This document shows, piece after piece, positions 9,816 to 19,228 of a stretch of DNA of 64,000 bases. The notes under the pieces are model-generated. The model was not told where the DNA came from and did not search any database. It worked only from the letters and a program-made list of their open reading frames with translations. The position numbers and the translations under genes were made by a program. Position 1 is the first letter of the stretch. Every line of letters starts with the position of its first letter. Source of the DNA: an uncultured cyanobacterium (GTDB lineage: Bacteria > Cyanobacteriota > Cyanobacteriia > Pseudanabaenales > Pseudanabaenaceae); assembly GCA_963703315.1 (NCBI GenBank), contig OY969811.1:672001-736000 (forward strand), in the 5' to 3' direction.

Positions 9816-11324
9816 CTATAAAACAGATTTTGGCACGGGTAAGAGGATGAGTAGGGCGATCGCCATTAAAGTTATGCCAATTAGATCTTGATTTCGGTCA
9901 ATTTCGAGACTTTCATTCAAAATAAGTGGGCGTGGCATGGGTAACAAAAAGAATAATAGGCTATAGATTTTTAACCAAGGCTGCACTAGTAAGGCGATCG
10001 CTAGTAATAGGAGTCGAGAAATTCGCGCAATTTGGATGGTCTGCCGATAGCCAAACATGGCGATCGCTAAATTGCCGCCATCCAATAGATCAAAAGGCAT
10101 AAGCTGCAAGGCGTTTAAGGCAAGTCCTGTCAGCCCTGCTAATGACAGGGGTGAAAGAGCTTGGATCGCATTTGCATTATTGGTATTGATTCCCGATTTA
10201 AATAGGGAGAAAATTGCTTGTAAGCAGGTTGCCAAGATTGAGTTTTTGAAATCGAAGGTGTTTACGCTGTTAAGCAATGGTGAGATGCTCTCATGGTTGG
10301 GGATCGGCGGAATGAGTAGCCAATTTCCTAAAAGCAATAAAATTATGGAAACACCTAAGCCTGCAATGGTTGGACTAATGGCTAAATCGAAGAGGATGCG
10401 TCGCTGATTGGTAGGATTTTCTACTGTTGCAGGATTAATGTTCAAACTACCTAGCAAACCAAAACCATCGATACAGGGTAGTAAAAGTGGGGGATCAAAG
10501 CGCAAGTGATGCTTTTTGGTGATGTAGTAGCGCGCGATCGCCCTTGCCATAAATATGCTGGCGATCGCACCAAAGTAAACAAGTCCTTGTTGCAGGTTGG
10601 GAAAGCTCAAGTCTTGGAGTTGATGAATATTTGCACCAACGATTAAGACAGTAAATGCTGTAAGTACAATGCTGGTGATACTGATGATCTGACTATATTT
10701 AAATCGATTTTTAGATAAAGCTTGATTTTGATTGCTCGGTAAAGCGAGATAAAAACAATATCTATTAGCTGAATTTTGCTGATTATCTGATGATTCGCTA
10801 AGATTTGCTCCAAAATCTGTACCTAAATTTTGGACTGGCACTTCCTGTAAATAACAAATAAAGCGATCGCCAAATATTTTTTGGATACTTTGACTAATGG
10901 TGTCGTAGGCATATTTATAATTTCGCGATCGTAAATGACCACGACAATAAATTTCTTGAGGACGGTATTCTAAATCCTTTAACTGATAAATATTTGAGGG
11001 GAAGCAGTTCTTGAGTTGTTTTTCTTCACTAGCACTAAGGTTGAGATTGGCTGCGTGACTTAGATTAGCCTCTGAGCAATAGTAGCTATAAATCCAGAGG
11101 CACAGCAAAAAACCTGTCGCTACAAAAATTAATGGTAGAGCGACTTGAGTAAGCATTGTCCATGCGATCGCTAAACTCGGTAACACAATTGCCAAAATCC
11201 ATAGGAATATTGTTTGTGCCTGATTTAGTGGATGATCTAATGGTTGTAGCGATCGCCGATAATAGACTGCCACACAACCCAATACCATAAACACAAATAC
11301 TTCTTCAAATCCCATCTCAATCAC
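9816..11324 (-). CDS. Site-2 protease (M50, EGY-like) homolog lacking HExxH
   Basis: CRGHLR region, LFDLAISP and LMPFDLLDGG motifs; the HExxH position reads MARAIARY. Confidence 0.7.
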   Translation of the reverse strand: MIEMGFEEVFVFMVLGCVAVYYRRSLQPLDHPLNQAQTIFLWILAIVLPSLAIAWTMLTQVALPLIFVATGFLLCLWIYSYYCSEANLSHAANLNLSASEEKQLKNCFPSNIYQLKDLEYRPQEIYCRGHLRSRNYKYAYDTISQSIQKIFGDRFICYLQEVPVQNLGTDFGANLSESSDNQQNSANRYCFYLALPSNQNQALSKNRFKYSQIISITSIVLTAFTVLIVGANIHQLQDLSFPNLQQGLVYFGAIASIFMARAIARYYITKKHHLRFDPPLLLPCIDGFGLLGSLNINPATVENPTNQRRILFDLAISPTIAGLGVSIILLLLGNWLLIPPIPNHESISPLLNSVNTFDFKNSILATCLQAIFSLFKSGINTNNANAIQALSPLSLAGLTGLALNALQLMPFDLLDGGNLAIAMFGYRQTIQIARISRLLLLAIALLVQPWLKIYSLLFFLLPMPRPLILNESLEIDRNQDLIGITLMAIALLILLPVPKSVL

Positions 11325-11359
11325 TTTTCAGCACTATAGACATCCTATATCAATCCGAA

Positions 11360-13195
11360 ATGAGCAAAGAATTTGAATCTATCAGCGATCGCCTGCCCCC
11401 TCAAAACATTGAGGCAGAGGAGGCTGTCTTAGGGGGGATTTTGATCGATCCAGAGGCTGTATCACGGGTGCTAGATACTCTGCGTCCTGAAATGTTCTAT
11501 GTGGCAGCACATCAGGAAATTTTTCGCGCTTGTTTGATGCTGCATAACCAGTCCAACCCGACAGACATGATGAGCTTGACGACTTGGCTCAGCGATCGCG
11601 ATATGCTCGAAAAAATCGGTGGTCAAACTAAAATTGCTCAACTTTGCGATCGCACCGTCAGCGCGGTCAATATCGATTTTTATGCTCAACTGGTTGCCGA
11701 TAAATATGCGCGGCGCAAACTTGCCGAAGCCGCTAGAGGTGTAGTCGAAATTAGCTACAGTAATGAAATCGAACTGCCGCAACTCCTCGATCAATCTGAG
11801 CAGAAGATTTTTGCGGTGACTCAATCACGCGCCCAACAAGGGCTTACTCCTGCTGCTGATATTCTCACGAAAACCTTTTATGAATTAGAAAATCGTTTTA
11901 ATTCCCTTGGTACTGGTAATTCCACCGCTACAGGTTTAATCACAGGATTTTACGATTTTGATGCGATGACCAACGGCTTGCAGCGATCAGACTTGATTAT
12001 CCTCGCAGGTCGTCCGTCAATGGGAAAAACGGCCTTCGGTTTAGAAATAGCCCGAAAAATGGCGGAAATCCACCGATTACCCGTTGCAATCTTTAGTTTG
12101 GAAATGTCGAAAGAGCAGTTAGTTTATCGCCTCTTAGCCAGTCAGTCTAAGGTTCGCTCTAGTGACATGGGCATCGATAGTAATCGCCTCCGCACTGGAC
12201 AAATCAGTGAAAATGAATGGGGAACGGTGGCGATGGCGATCAGTGGACTTTCCGAACTTCCATTATTTATCGATGATACACCTAACCCTCCCATTACCGA
12301 ATTACGTTCCAAAGCTCGCCGTTTACAATCAGAAAAGGGTGGTGTACTAGGGTTAATTCTAATTGACTATTTACAGTTAATGGAAGGTTCTGGTTCTGAT
12401 AATCGGGTGCAAGAAATATCGAGAATTACGCGATCGCTTAAAGCTTTAGCCCGTGAATTAAATGTGCCTGTAATCGCTCTATCCCAATTAAGTCGTGGCG
12501 TAGAAGCGAGAACGAATAAGCGTCCAATGCTATCAGATCTGAGAGAGTCAGGCTGTCTCAGTGGAGACTCATTAATTACAATGGCAGACACAGGAGCCGA
12601 AATCCCTATCCGTGATCTGGTTGGTAATTCAGGTTTTGCAATTTGGGCAGTGAATCCTCAAACGCTGAAAATGGAACGAGCGATTGTAAGCAATGCTTTC
12701 TGCACTGGCTCTAAACCTGTATATCAACTAAGAACTCAATTAGGGCGAGCGATCAAAGCGACCGCAAATCATCAATTTCTAACAATTCAGGGATGGAAAA
12801 GACTTGATGAATTGCAAATAGGCGATCGCATTGCTATGCCTCGCCAAATCCCCTCTTTAGAATCAACCAAGCTTTTAAATATTGCTGTTAGTGATATCTA
12901 TTGGGATCAATTAGTGCATATTGATCAATTAGGAGAAGAGTTAGTCTATGACTTGACTGTGCCAAGTTTAGAGAACTTTGTAGCAAATAACTTTTATGTT
13001 CATAATAGTATTGAGCAGGATGCGGATTTAGTAATTAATTTATATCGAGATGAATATTACAATCCAGAGACACCCGATCGCGGCGTAGCCGAAATCATTA
13101 TTGCTAAACATCGGAATGGTCCCGTTGGCACTGTTAAATTACTCTTTGAACCACGTTTGACCAAATTCGAGAATATGGCTTCCAGTCGAAATTAA
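11360..13195 (+). CDS. dnaB: Replicative DNA helicase DnaB precursor containing an intein
   Basis: LPPQNIEAE, GRPSMGKT, FSLEMS, DYLQL, SQLSR, DLRESG..SIEQDAD and AKHRNGP motifs. Confidence 0.98.
   Translation: MSKEFESISDRLPPQNIEAEEAVLGGILIDPEAVSRVLDTLRPEMFYVAAHQEIFRACLMLHNQSNPTDMMSLTTWLSDRDMLEKIGGQTKIAQLCDRTVSAVNIDFYAQLVADKYARRKLAEAARGVVEISYSNEIELPQLLDQSEQKIFAVTQSRAQQGLTPAADILTKTFYELENRFNSLGTGNSTATGLITGFYDFDAMTNGLQRSDLIILAGRPSMGKTAFGLEIARKMAEIHRLPVAIFSLEMSKEQLVYRLLASQSKVRSSDMGIDSNRLRTGQISENEWGTVAMAISGLSELPLFIDDTPNPPITELRSKARRLQSEKGGVLGLILIDYLQLMEGSGSDNRVQEISRITRSLKALARELNVPVIALSQLSRGVEARTNKRPMLSDLRESGCLSGDSLITMADTGAEIPIRDLVGNSGFAIWAVNPQTLKMERAIVSNAFCTGSKPVYQLRTQLGRAIKATANHQFLTIQGWKRLDELQIGDRIAMPRQIPSLESTKLLNIAVSDIYWDQLVHIDQLGEELVYDLTVPSLENFVANNFYVHNSIEQDADLVINLYRDEYYNPETPDRGVAEIIIAKHRNGPVGTVKLLFEPRLTKFENMASSRN
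12554..13006 (+). mobile_element. DnaB mini-intein (151 aa, no homing endonuclease)
   Basis: RESG|CLSGDS ... TANH (block B) ... VYDLTV ... VHN|SIEQDAD; Cys1, His-Asn end, Ser+1. Confidence 0.95.
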
Positions 13196-13249
13196 AATTT
13201 CAAAACCTGTGGCGCACACTGTACGTGCGCCACAGGTTTTGAAATTTTA
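13193..13249. repeat. Family A hairpin core with extended arms; likely dnaB terminator
   Basis: TAAAATTTCAAAACCTGTGGCGCAC..GTGCGCCACAGGTTTTGAAATTTTA, starting at the dnaB stop codon. Confidence 0.85.
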
Positions 13250-13287
13250 TCAGTTAGAATAATCTAAGCAGAGTGAATGGTTAATAC

Positions 13288-13962
13288 ATGGTTCTTACTG
13301 TTTCACCACCCGAAATCCAAAATCCCCCTTTAGAAGCTACTCCATTATTGTTAGGCGAAAAACGAGTCGCCCTGCGAGGCATTAGCTGGCAGTCGTATCA
13401 ACAAATTCTCCATGCCCTTCCTCAAAGCCGTGGTGCAAGGCTTACCTACGATCGCGGAATTTTAGAAATTACTATGCCTCTGGAAATTCATGAATTTTCA
13501 CTACGCCTGATCGAGCGTTTCATCCTCATTTTAGTAATGGAGATGGGAATGAAAATTAAAACAATGGGATCGACAACGATGGATCGTGAAGATTTGCAAA
13601 GGGGATCAGAGCCAGACTGTGCATACTACATCCAGAATCAGCCCCAAGTAGCGGGGAGAATCGTTGATTTTACTCAAGATCCACCGCCAGACTTAGTGGT
13701 GGAAGTGGATATTACGCATACTGACATTGATAAAAATAAACTTTATGCCAGTATGGGAGTGCCTGAATTTTGGCGTTACAACGGTAAGGAATTAAGGATT
13801 TACTCTTTGCAGAAAGCAGCATATATTGAGTGCGATCTCAGTCCCACTTTTCCCGCGTTCCAAAAAGAACATCTCTACAACTTTCTTGAAGAAGCACAAC
13901 AGGATGAAATTGCGGCGGAAGTTAATTTTCGAGCTTTTGTAAAAGAGAATCTAGCATCTTGA
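13288..13962 (+). CDS. Uma2 family (PD-(D/E)XK-like) endonuclease
   Basis: ISWQSY, EPDCAYY, PPDLVVEVD and YASMGVPEFW motifs. Confidence 0.92.
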   Translation: MVLTVSPPEIQNPPLEATPLLLGEKRVALRGISWQSYQQILHALPQSRGARLTYDRGILEITMPLEIHEFSLRLIERFILILVMEMGMKIKTMGSTTMDREDLQRGSEPDCAYYIQNQPQVAGRIVDFTQDPPPDLVVEVDITHTDIDKNKLYASMGVPEFWRYNGKELRIYSLQKAAYIECDLSPTFPAFQKEHLYNFLEEAQQDEIAAEVNFRAFVKENLAS

Positions 13963-13989
13963 TGTCCTGCGCTTTGCGCGGGACATCCA

Positions 13990-15168
13990 TCAGGAAACTG
14001 ATAAGCCTTGCAATAAAGATTGAATTTGCTGATCAGTATGAGTTGCCATTAAGGTAATCCTAATTCTGGGAGTAGGTACAGTGGGCGGACGGATGGCAGG
14101 GGCAAAAATACCCTGTTCTTTTAAAAATTTTGCCATTTCTAAAGTTTGAGGAATATCACCAACCTCGATCGCAATAATCGGTGAGTCTAAGGCGATCGCC
14201 TTAATTCCCAAATCCTGTAAACCCTGCTTGACCAATTCCAGATTTTGCCAAAGTTGTTGACGGTGGTTACTTTCAGTTTTGATGATCTGAATAGCGGCGA
14301 TCGCTGCCCCCGTATCCGCAGGAGAAAGCGCTGTGGTATAGATCCAAGTTGCCGCCCGATTGCGTAAATAATCAATTAATTTCGCTGAACCTGCCACATA
14401 GCCGCCCAAACTTCCCAACGCTTTGCTCAGGGTTCCCACTTGGATTAAATCCTGTTGAATCCCTAATGCTTGAGTCAAACCACCACCTCGATCGCCAAAT
14501 ACCCCTGTGCCATGCGCCTCATCGACTAACACCATACAGTCATATTGATTAGCTAAGTCCATAATTTCTCGTAATGGTGCGAGGTCGCCATCCATACTAA
14601 ACACGCTATCAGTGGTAATTAGACAACGGCGATATTTAGCACGATGTTCTTCTAATTTGGCGGTAAGGTCAGCAAGATTAATATGCTGATAATCGATCGC
14701 CGTAGCACCACTCATTAAAGCTCCTTTTTTTAAACAGGAGTGATTATATTCATCTCCTAAGATCAAATCTCGCGCTCCCACGATCGCCGAGATTGTCCCC
14801 AAATTTGCCAAATAACCAGAACTAAACACAAGAGCCGCTTCTGTATTTTTGAGATCCGCGATCGCCTGTTCTAATTCTGCATGGATCGCCAGATGTCCTG
14901 TCACCAATCGAGATCCCGTTGCTCCCGTGCCGTACATTTCTGTAGCTCTAATCGCGGCATCGATCAAACGGCGATCGCCTGCTAGTCCCAAATAGTTATT
15001 ACTGGCAAACATGAGCATTTCGCGCCCATCAATGGTGGCGATCGTCCCTGCTTTACTGCTGATAGTTTGGGTAGAGCGATACCAATTAGCTTTGTGGATG
15101 GACTCTAACGAGCGATCGAGCCATCCGTAAGGAGTAGATATAGGTTCAGTCTTCACACTTCTTAACAA
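13990..15168 (-). CDS. bioF: 8-amino-7-oxononanoate synthase
   Basis: [34 protein letters not shown] and IRPPTV motifs. Confidence 0.95.
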   Translation of the reverse strand: MLRSVKTEPISTPYGWLDRSLESIHKANWYRSTQTISSKAGTIATIDGREMLMFASNNYLGLAGDRRLIDAAIRATEMYGTGATGSRLVTGHLAIHAELEQAIADLKNTEAALVFSSGYLANLGTISAIVGARDLILGDEYNHSCLKKGALMSGATAIDYQHINLADLTAKLEEHRAKYRRCLITTDSVFSMDGDLAPLREIMDLANQYDCMVLVDEAHGTGVFGDRGGGLTQALGIQQDLIQVGTLSKALGSLGGYVAGSAKLIDYLRNRAATWIYTTALSPADTGAAIAAIQIIKTESNHRQQLWQNLELVKQGLQDLGIKAIALDSPIIAIEVGDIPQTLEMAKFLKEQGIFAPAIRPPTVPTPRIRITLMATHTDQQIQSLLQGLSVS

Positions 15169-15218
15169 GTCGGTTTAAAATGTTATCAAATAAAGGCTTT
15201 TTAGTAGCTTTTATTTGA

Positions 15219-15332
15219 TATAGCTGTCATCAGTCTTGTTAGGACACAAAACCAGAAGTGAGTGGCGGCGTGAAGTGCCGCCACTCACTTCTGGGGTTTT
15301 GATTTGTTCTAATACAAACGGCAACAGCTATA
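15219..15332. mobile_element. Family B MITE-like element, full length
   Basis: TATAGCTGT..ACAGCTATA ends; central gagtggcggc hairpin; ggggttttgatttg; similar to 29101-29201. Confidence 0.8.
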
Positions 15333-15368
15333 ACATTATTTTCCACTGTTATTATCTAGGTTTCAAAG

Positions 15369-16253
15369 ATGACTGTTGCATATCCCCATAAATTTCGCGG
15401 TCAACTCAGCGCCGAAGACATTCTTGATAATGTGGTGCGTCAGCGTGAAGCTCATATCAAAACGTTAAATCGCTATCGTTTTAGTGAACAGCGTAGCTGT
15501 AAAGATCTAACCAATCTCATCGAAGCTTTGAATGGTAAACCCCGTGATTTGCTCAAAGATCTATCCCATCACGTTGCTGATGAAGCGCGTCATGCAGCTT
15601 GGTTGACCGATTTACTCTATGATTTGGGTGAAGACATCAGTACACCCGAAGGCGATTTGTATATTGATGAATTCAATCGCTTAAGCAAATATGAAACCTC
15701 TAATCTTGAAGATGGCATTATTGATTTCTTGGCAGGAATCAACGTTGCCGAAAAGCGGGGTTGTGAATATTTCGCAGCGCATATTCGCTCTCTCAAGAAA
15801 GTTGAACAGACTGATGAAAACATCAAGATCCGTGAAACCATTGAGAAAATTCTGCCTGAAGAGGCGGCTCATGTACGTTGGGGTAATCGCAAGCTTGCTG
15901 AGATTGCCAAAAAGAGTGAATCTCATCGTGTCAAGGTGGAAGCTGCTAAGCGTAAATATATAGCGATCGAGCAAGCCGCCTTTGAATCGGGAATGGATAT
16001 TCTCGCTGGTGCAGAAGTCCGCCGCCTTGAGAACTTGCTAAAGATTGCTGATACTCTGCCCCTTTGGGAACGTCCTCAGTATTTACTTGATCGACTGCCT
16101 CAGACTTTATTCTCTCCTGAGTTACAGAAGACTAGAATCGACATCTTCAAAAAAGCATGGGAAAAAGATCCTTCTACTTTTGTCGAGAAGTTCATTCCCA
16201 TGTTCTTTAATGGCAATCTCAAAGAGACTGCAAATAAGGCAGCAAGTCATTAG
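15369..16253 (+). CDS. Ferritin-like di-iron domain protein
   Basis: Paired ExxH motifs (DEARH, EEAAH) plus intervening Glu residues (FSEQ, AEKRG). Confidence 0.8.
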   Translation: MTVAYPHKFRGQLSAEDILDNVVRQREAHIKTLNRYRFSEQRSCKDLTNLIEALNGKPRDLLKDLSHHVADEARHAAWLTDLLYDLGEDISTPEGDLYIDEFNRLSKYETSNLEDGIIDFLAGINVAEKRGCEYFAAHIRSLKKVEQTDENIKIRETIEKILPEEAAHVRWGNRKLAEIAKKSESHRVKVEAAKRKYIAIEQAAFESGMDILAGAEVRRLENLLKIADTLPLWERPQYLLDRLPQTLFSPELQKTRIDIFKKAWEKDPSTFVEKFIPMFFNGNLKETANKAASH

Positions 16254-16254
16254 C

Positions 16255-16323
16255 CTACAGCGTTTTACGTTCAATTGAAACCCAAAAAAATTGAAAGCAT
16301 CGCTTTCAATTTTTTTGGGTTTT
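16255..16323. repeat. Family E palindrome; probable bidirectional terminator
   Basis: aaacccaaaaaaattgaaagc atc gctttcaatttttttgggttt between convergent genes. Confidence 0.75.
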
Positions 16324-17060
16324 TATGATTGTTTTGCTTCGGAGCCGTCGATGATGCGTTGGAACAGATAACCTGTACCTCGCGCCGTCAAGATTAGTTC
16401 AGGATTACTGGGATCTTCTTCGAGTTTGGCACGGAGACGAGAAATGTGAACATCGACAACGCGAGTATCTACGTGGCGTTCTGGTGTATATCCCCAAACC
16501 TCTTGCAAGATTTCGGCTCTGGAAAAAGCCTCACCCGATCGCCCGACTAGTAGCTCCAACAAACTAAACTCCATCCCCGTTAAGCGAATACGCTCATCGG
16601 ACTTATAAACTTGTCGCTTATTGGTGTCAATTTTGATCGTATTGATATGGATGACACCAGAACTGGGGATACCTGATGTGCCATTGCGATCGAAGCGACG
16701 CAATACTGAACGAATACGAGCTTCTAGCTCTTTCGGTGAGAAGGGCTTAACAACGTAATCATCTGCACCTAACTCTAGACCTGTAATGCGATCGGCGACA
16801 TCACCCAAAGCTGTCAGCATGATGATGGGAATATCAGATTCTTTGCGTAGCTCTTGACATACTCCATATCCGTCGAGCTTTGGCATCATTACGTCAAGCA
16901 CAACTAAATCAGGATTTTCTTGGTGAAAAACTTCGATCGCCTCTTCGCCATCTGCGGCGGTGACAACTTCGTAACCGATCATCGACAGACGAGTTTCCAG
17001 AATTCGACGAATACTTGCCTCGTCGTCTACAACTAGGATTTTTTCCTTATGGTTTTCCAA
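16323..17060 (-). CDS. rpaB: OmpR-family response regulator RpaB (Ycf27)
   Basis: KEKILVVDDEASIRRILETRLSMIGY and WGYTPERHVDTRVVDVHISRLR are RpaB signatures. Confidence 0.96.
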   Translation of the reverse strand: MENHKEKILVVDDEASIRRILETRLSMIGYEVVTAADGEEAIEVFHQENPDLVVLDVMMPKLDGYGVCQELRKESDIPIIMLTALGDVADRITGLELGADDYVVKPFSPKELEARIRSVLRRFDRNGTSGIPSSGVIHINTIKIDTNKRQVYKSDERIRLTGMEFSLLELLVGRSGEAFSRAEILQEVWGYTPERHVDTRVVDVHISRLRAKLEEDPSNPELILTARGTGYLFQRIIDGSEAKQS

Positions 17061-17340
17061 GCCAGTTTCTACTCCACTATGTTGCTAGCTGTAATTTTAG
17101 TAAAATTTTATAACTTTACATATTTATTTAACTAAGTTTACAAGAAATCGGTCGTTACAATCCGAAAACAAAACTTAAAGTTTCAGCACAAACTTAATCT
17201 GATTTTTTGTGGTTAGGTGAGTTCTGATAGTTAGCCCACGATCCCCATCAATCCTATAGAGTGAAAGTCCCAGAGGTTAGCTCTTATACACTATGGGTTA
17301 AAATTGTAAAAGTTTTACGCAAAACGAGGATTGTGAAATT

Positions 17341-17511
17341 ATGACTGAACCAACTCAAGTACCACAAGCTACTGATCCAAAAATGGGATTCAATACTTAT
17401 GCTGAGCGCTTAAATGGTCGTGCGGCGATGGTGGGTTTTATCCTTGCAGTAGCGATCGAGTTTGTTACGGGGCAAGGTTTGTTGGCTTGGCTAGGTATCA
17501 TTAATCCATAG
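17341..17511 (+). CDS. hli: High-light inducible protein (Hlip/SCP), 56 aa; absent from the ORF track
   Basis: Hand translation MTEPTQVPQATDPKMGFNTYAERLNGRAAMVGFILAVAIEFVTGQGLLAWLGIINP*; ExxNGRxAM chlorophyll-binding motif; GAGGA upstream. Confidence 0.95.
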   Translation: MTEPTQVPQATDPKMGFNTYAERLNGRAAMVGFILAVAIEFVTGQGLLAWLGIINP

Positions 17512-17537
17512 TTTTTTCCCAGTTACTCCCTTCTCAC

Positions 17538-17642
17538 TAAATAGCTGGGCATAATTAAAAAAACAGATCCAAAACCTGTGGCGCACGCTGCGCGTGCGCC
17601 ACAGGTTTTGGGGTTTTATATTGAATTGCGCCCAGCTACTTA
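17538..17642. mobile_element. Family A MITE-like element, full length
   Basis: TA-aatagctgggcataatt..aattgcgcccagctact-TA; central acctgtggcgcacgc tgc gcgtgcgccacaggt hairpin. Confidence 0.85.
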
Positions 17643-17729
17643 AAAAGAATAGGCGTTGTAAAGTGAATAATTAGTGGTGCATGGTTTAGCCGCGCATCAC
17701 TAATTATTCATTAAAAATCCAGCAGTTCT

Positions 17730-17779
17730 AAAGAAGTAATGAAGTACTGCACTCCGTGCAGTACTTCATTACTTCTTTA
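17730..17779. repeat. Long perfect palindrome
   Basis: aaagaagtaatgaagtactgcac tcc gtgcagtacttcattacttcttt. Confidence 0.8.
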
Positions 17780-17822
17780 GCGCTACCAAAAATCTTGTTT
17801 AGTTAATTTCTGTTATTTTTCT

Positions 17823-18311
17823 ATGACATCTAGCAAAATCGAGAACTCTCTCTACTGGACTGCGGCAATTTTGGGATTAGTTCTCGATCAAGCCTCTAAA
17901 TATTTAGTTGTGCAATATCTCAAGGGAGTGAAATCATTCCCCTTAATCAATGGGGTGTTACATTTTACCTATGCCACTAATACGGGGGCAGCATTTAGTT
18001 TATTTAGCGATCAAATCGATTGGCTGAAATGGGTCTCAATGCTTGTCAGTTTGGGACTAGTTGTATTTGGGATTTTTAGTAAAAACTTAAACCGATGGGA
18101 ACAAGCGGGCTACGGTTTCATCTTGGCAGGGGCAGCAGGTAACGGGATCGATCGCTTTGTGGCTGGTTATGTAGTGGATTTTATCGATATCCGTATTATT
18201 CGATTTGCGATTTTCAATATTGCTGATGTTTCCATCAATGTCGGTCTTGTGTGTTTAGCGATCGCCGTTTTATTTGTGACGAAACCAACAAAGTCTAAAA
18301 AATTAGAATAA
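17823..18311 (+). CDS. lspA: Lipoprotein signal peptidase II
   Basis: DQASK, NTGAAFS, GNGIDR, VVDFI and FNIAD motifs. Confidence 0.97.
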   Translation: MTSSKIENSLYWTAAILGLVLDQASKYLVVQYLKGVKSFPLINGVLHFTYATNTGAAFSLFSDQIDWLKWVSMLVSLGLVVFGIFSKNLNRWEQAGYGFILAGAAGNGIDRFVAGYVVDFIDIRIIRFAIFNIADVSINVGLVCLAIAVLFVTKPTKSKKLE

Positions 18312-18439
18312 TAGTTCTAACCAGATTTTTTGTGGCGCGGCTTCGCCGCGACACAAAAAATCTGGTTTCCTTTTCCTTTTGGGCTTTTGAGCGCGAAGCG
18401 TTATATTTCTAGTTAGAAGTTACTAAGAGAATTAGCGGC

Positions 18440-19081
18440 ATGACAAATTCCCCAAAAATCGTAGTCGTGACTAATGGCAAAGGGGGTGTGGGTAAAACAA
18501 CAACCGCGATCGCCTTAGCGGGCATCTTGGCACAGGACGCTAAAGTATTAGTTGTAGATGCCGATATACAGGGAAGTTTGTCTTGGTGGGTGGGGCGTAG
18601 TGATAAAAATATGGGTTTTGATATTGCCACAGAAATCGATCCTACCCATTTAAAAAAATTACCGAAACTTAGCAGTTACGATCTAGTATTGGTAGATACA
18701 CCGCCTGCATTGCATTCCCATGCACTAGCGACAGTCGTAGCGATCGCGGACTATTTAGTTTTGCCAACACCGCCAGCACCGATGGACTTAACTGCTCTCA
18801 TCGAAACTGTCAAAAGTACTGTAAGACCTGCTCAAGTACCACACCGAGTTCTGCTCACCCGTGTTGATCCGCGCTGCCTCAACGAAGCCCTTGAAGCTCA
18901 AAATACTTTACTAGAGGTGGGAGTACCTGTATTTCATGCCTTTGTAAGAGCTTACAAAGCCCATGAACGCGCTGCCCTTGAGGGTAAATTAGTAACACAG
19001 TGGAAAGGTAAAAATGCTAGAGAAGCAGAAGCGGACTATCGACGTGTAGTTGATGAATTACGGCGCGATATCTTGAAATAG
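18440..19081 (+). CDS. mcdA: ParA/MinD-family ATPase, probable type 2 McdA (carboxysome positioning)
   Basis: Deviant Walker A KGGVGKT, DTPP, double Trp (LSWWV); followed by an McdB-like gene. Confidence 0.72.
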   Translation: MTNSPKIVVVTNGKGGVGKTTTAIALAGILAQDAKVLVVDADIQGSLSWWVGRSDKNMGFDIATEIDPTHLKKLPKLSSYDLVLVDTPPALHSHALATVVAIADYLVLPTPPAPMDLTALIETVKSTVRPAQVPHRVLLTRVDPRCLNEALEAQNTLLEVGVPVFHAFVRAYKAHERAALEGKLVTQWKGKNAREAEADYRRVVDELRRDILK

Positions 19082-19083
19082 AT

Positions 19084-19204
19084 CTAATACCAAAACTAAA
19101 AATGGCAACGCCATTTTTAGTTTTGGTATTAGCCCTGACTGAATTCGTGAATTGGTATAAAAGATAGTTGCGGCGCTTCGCGCCGCAACTATCTTTTAGC
19201 TATA
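19084..19204. repeat. Family D palindrome (19084-19132) plus family B palindrome (19157-19204)
   Basis: ctaataccaaaactaaaaatggc aac gccatttttagttttggtattag; aaaagatagttgcggcgc ttc gcgccgcaactatctttt..gctata. Confidence 0.85.
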
Positions 19205-19228
19205 ATTACTAAATAATTATTAAAAAAT

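Noticed and set aside
18440..19081. Plasmid or chromosome partition ParA
   Set aside because: No ParB or replicon nearby; the WW motif and partner features fit McdAB better.
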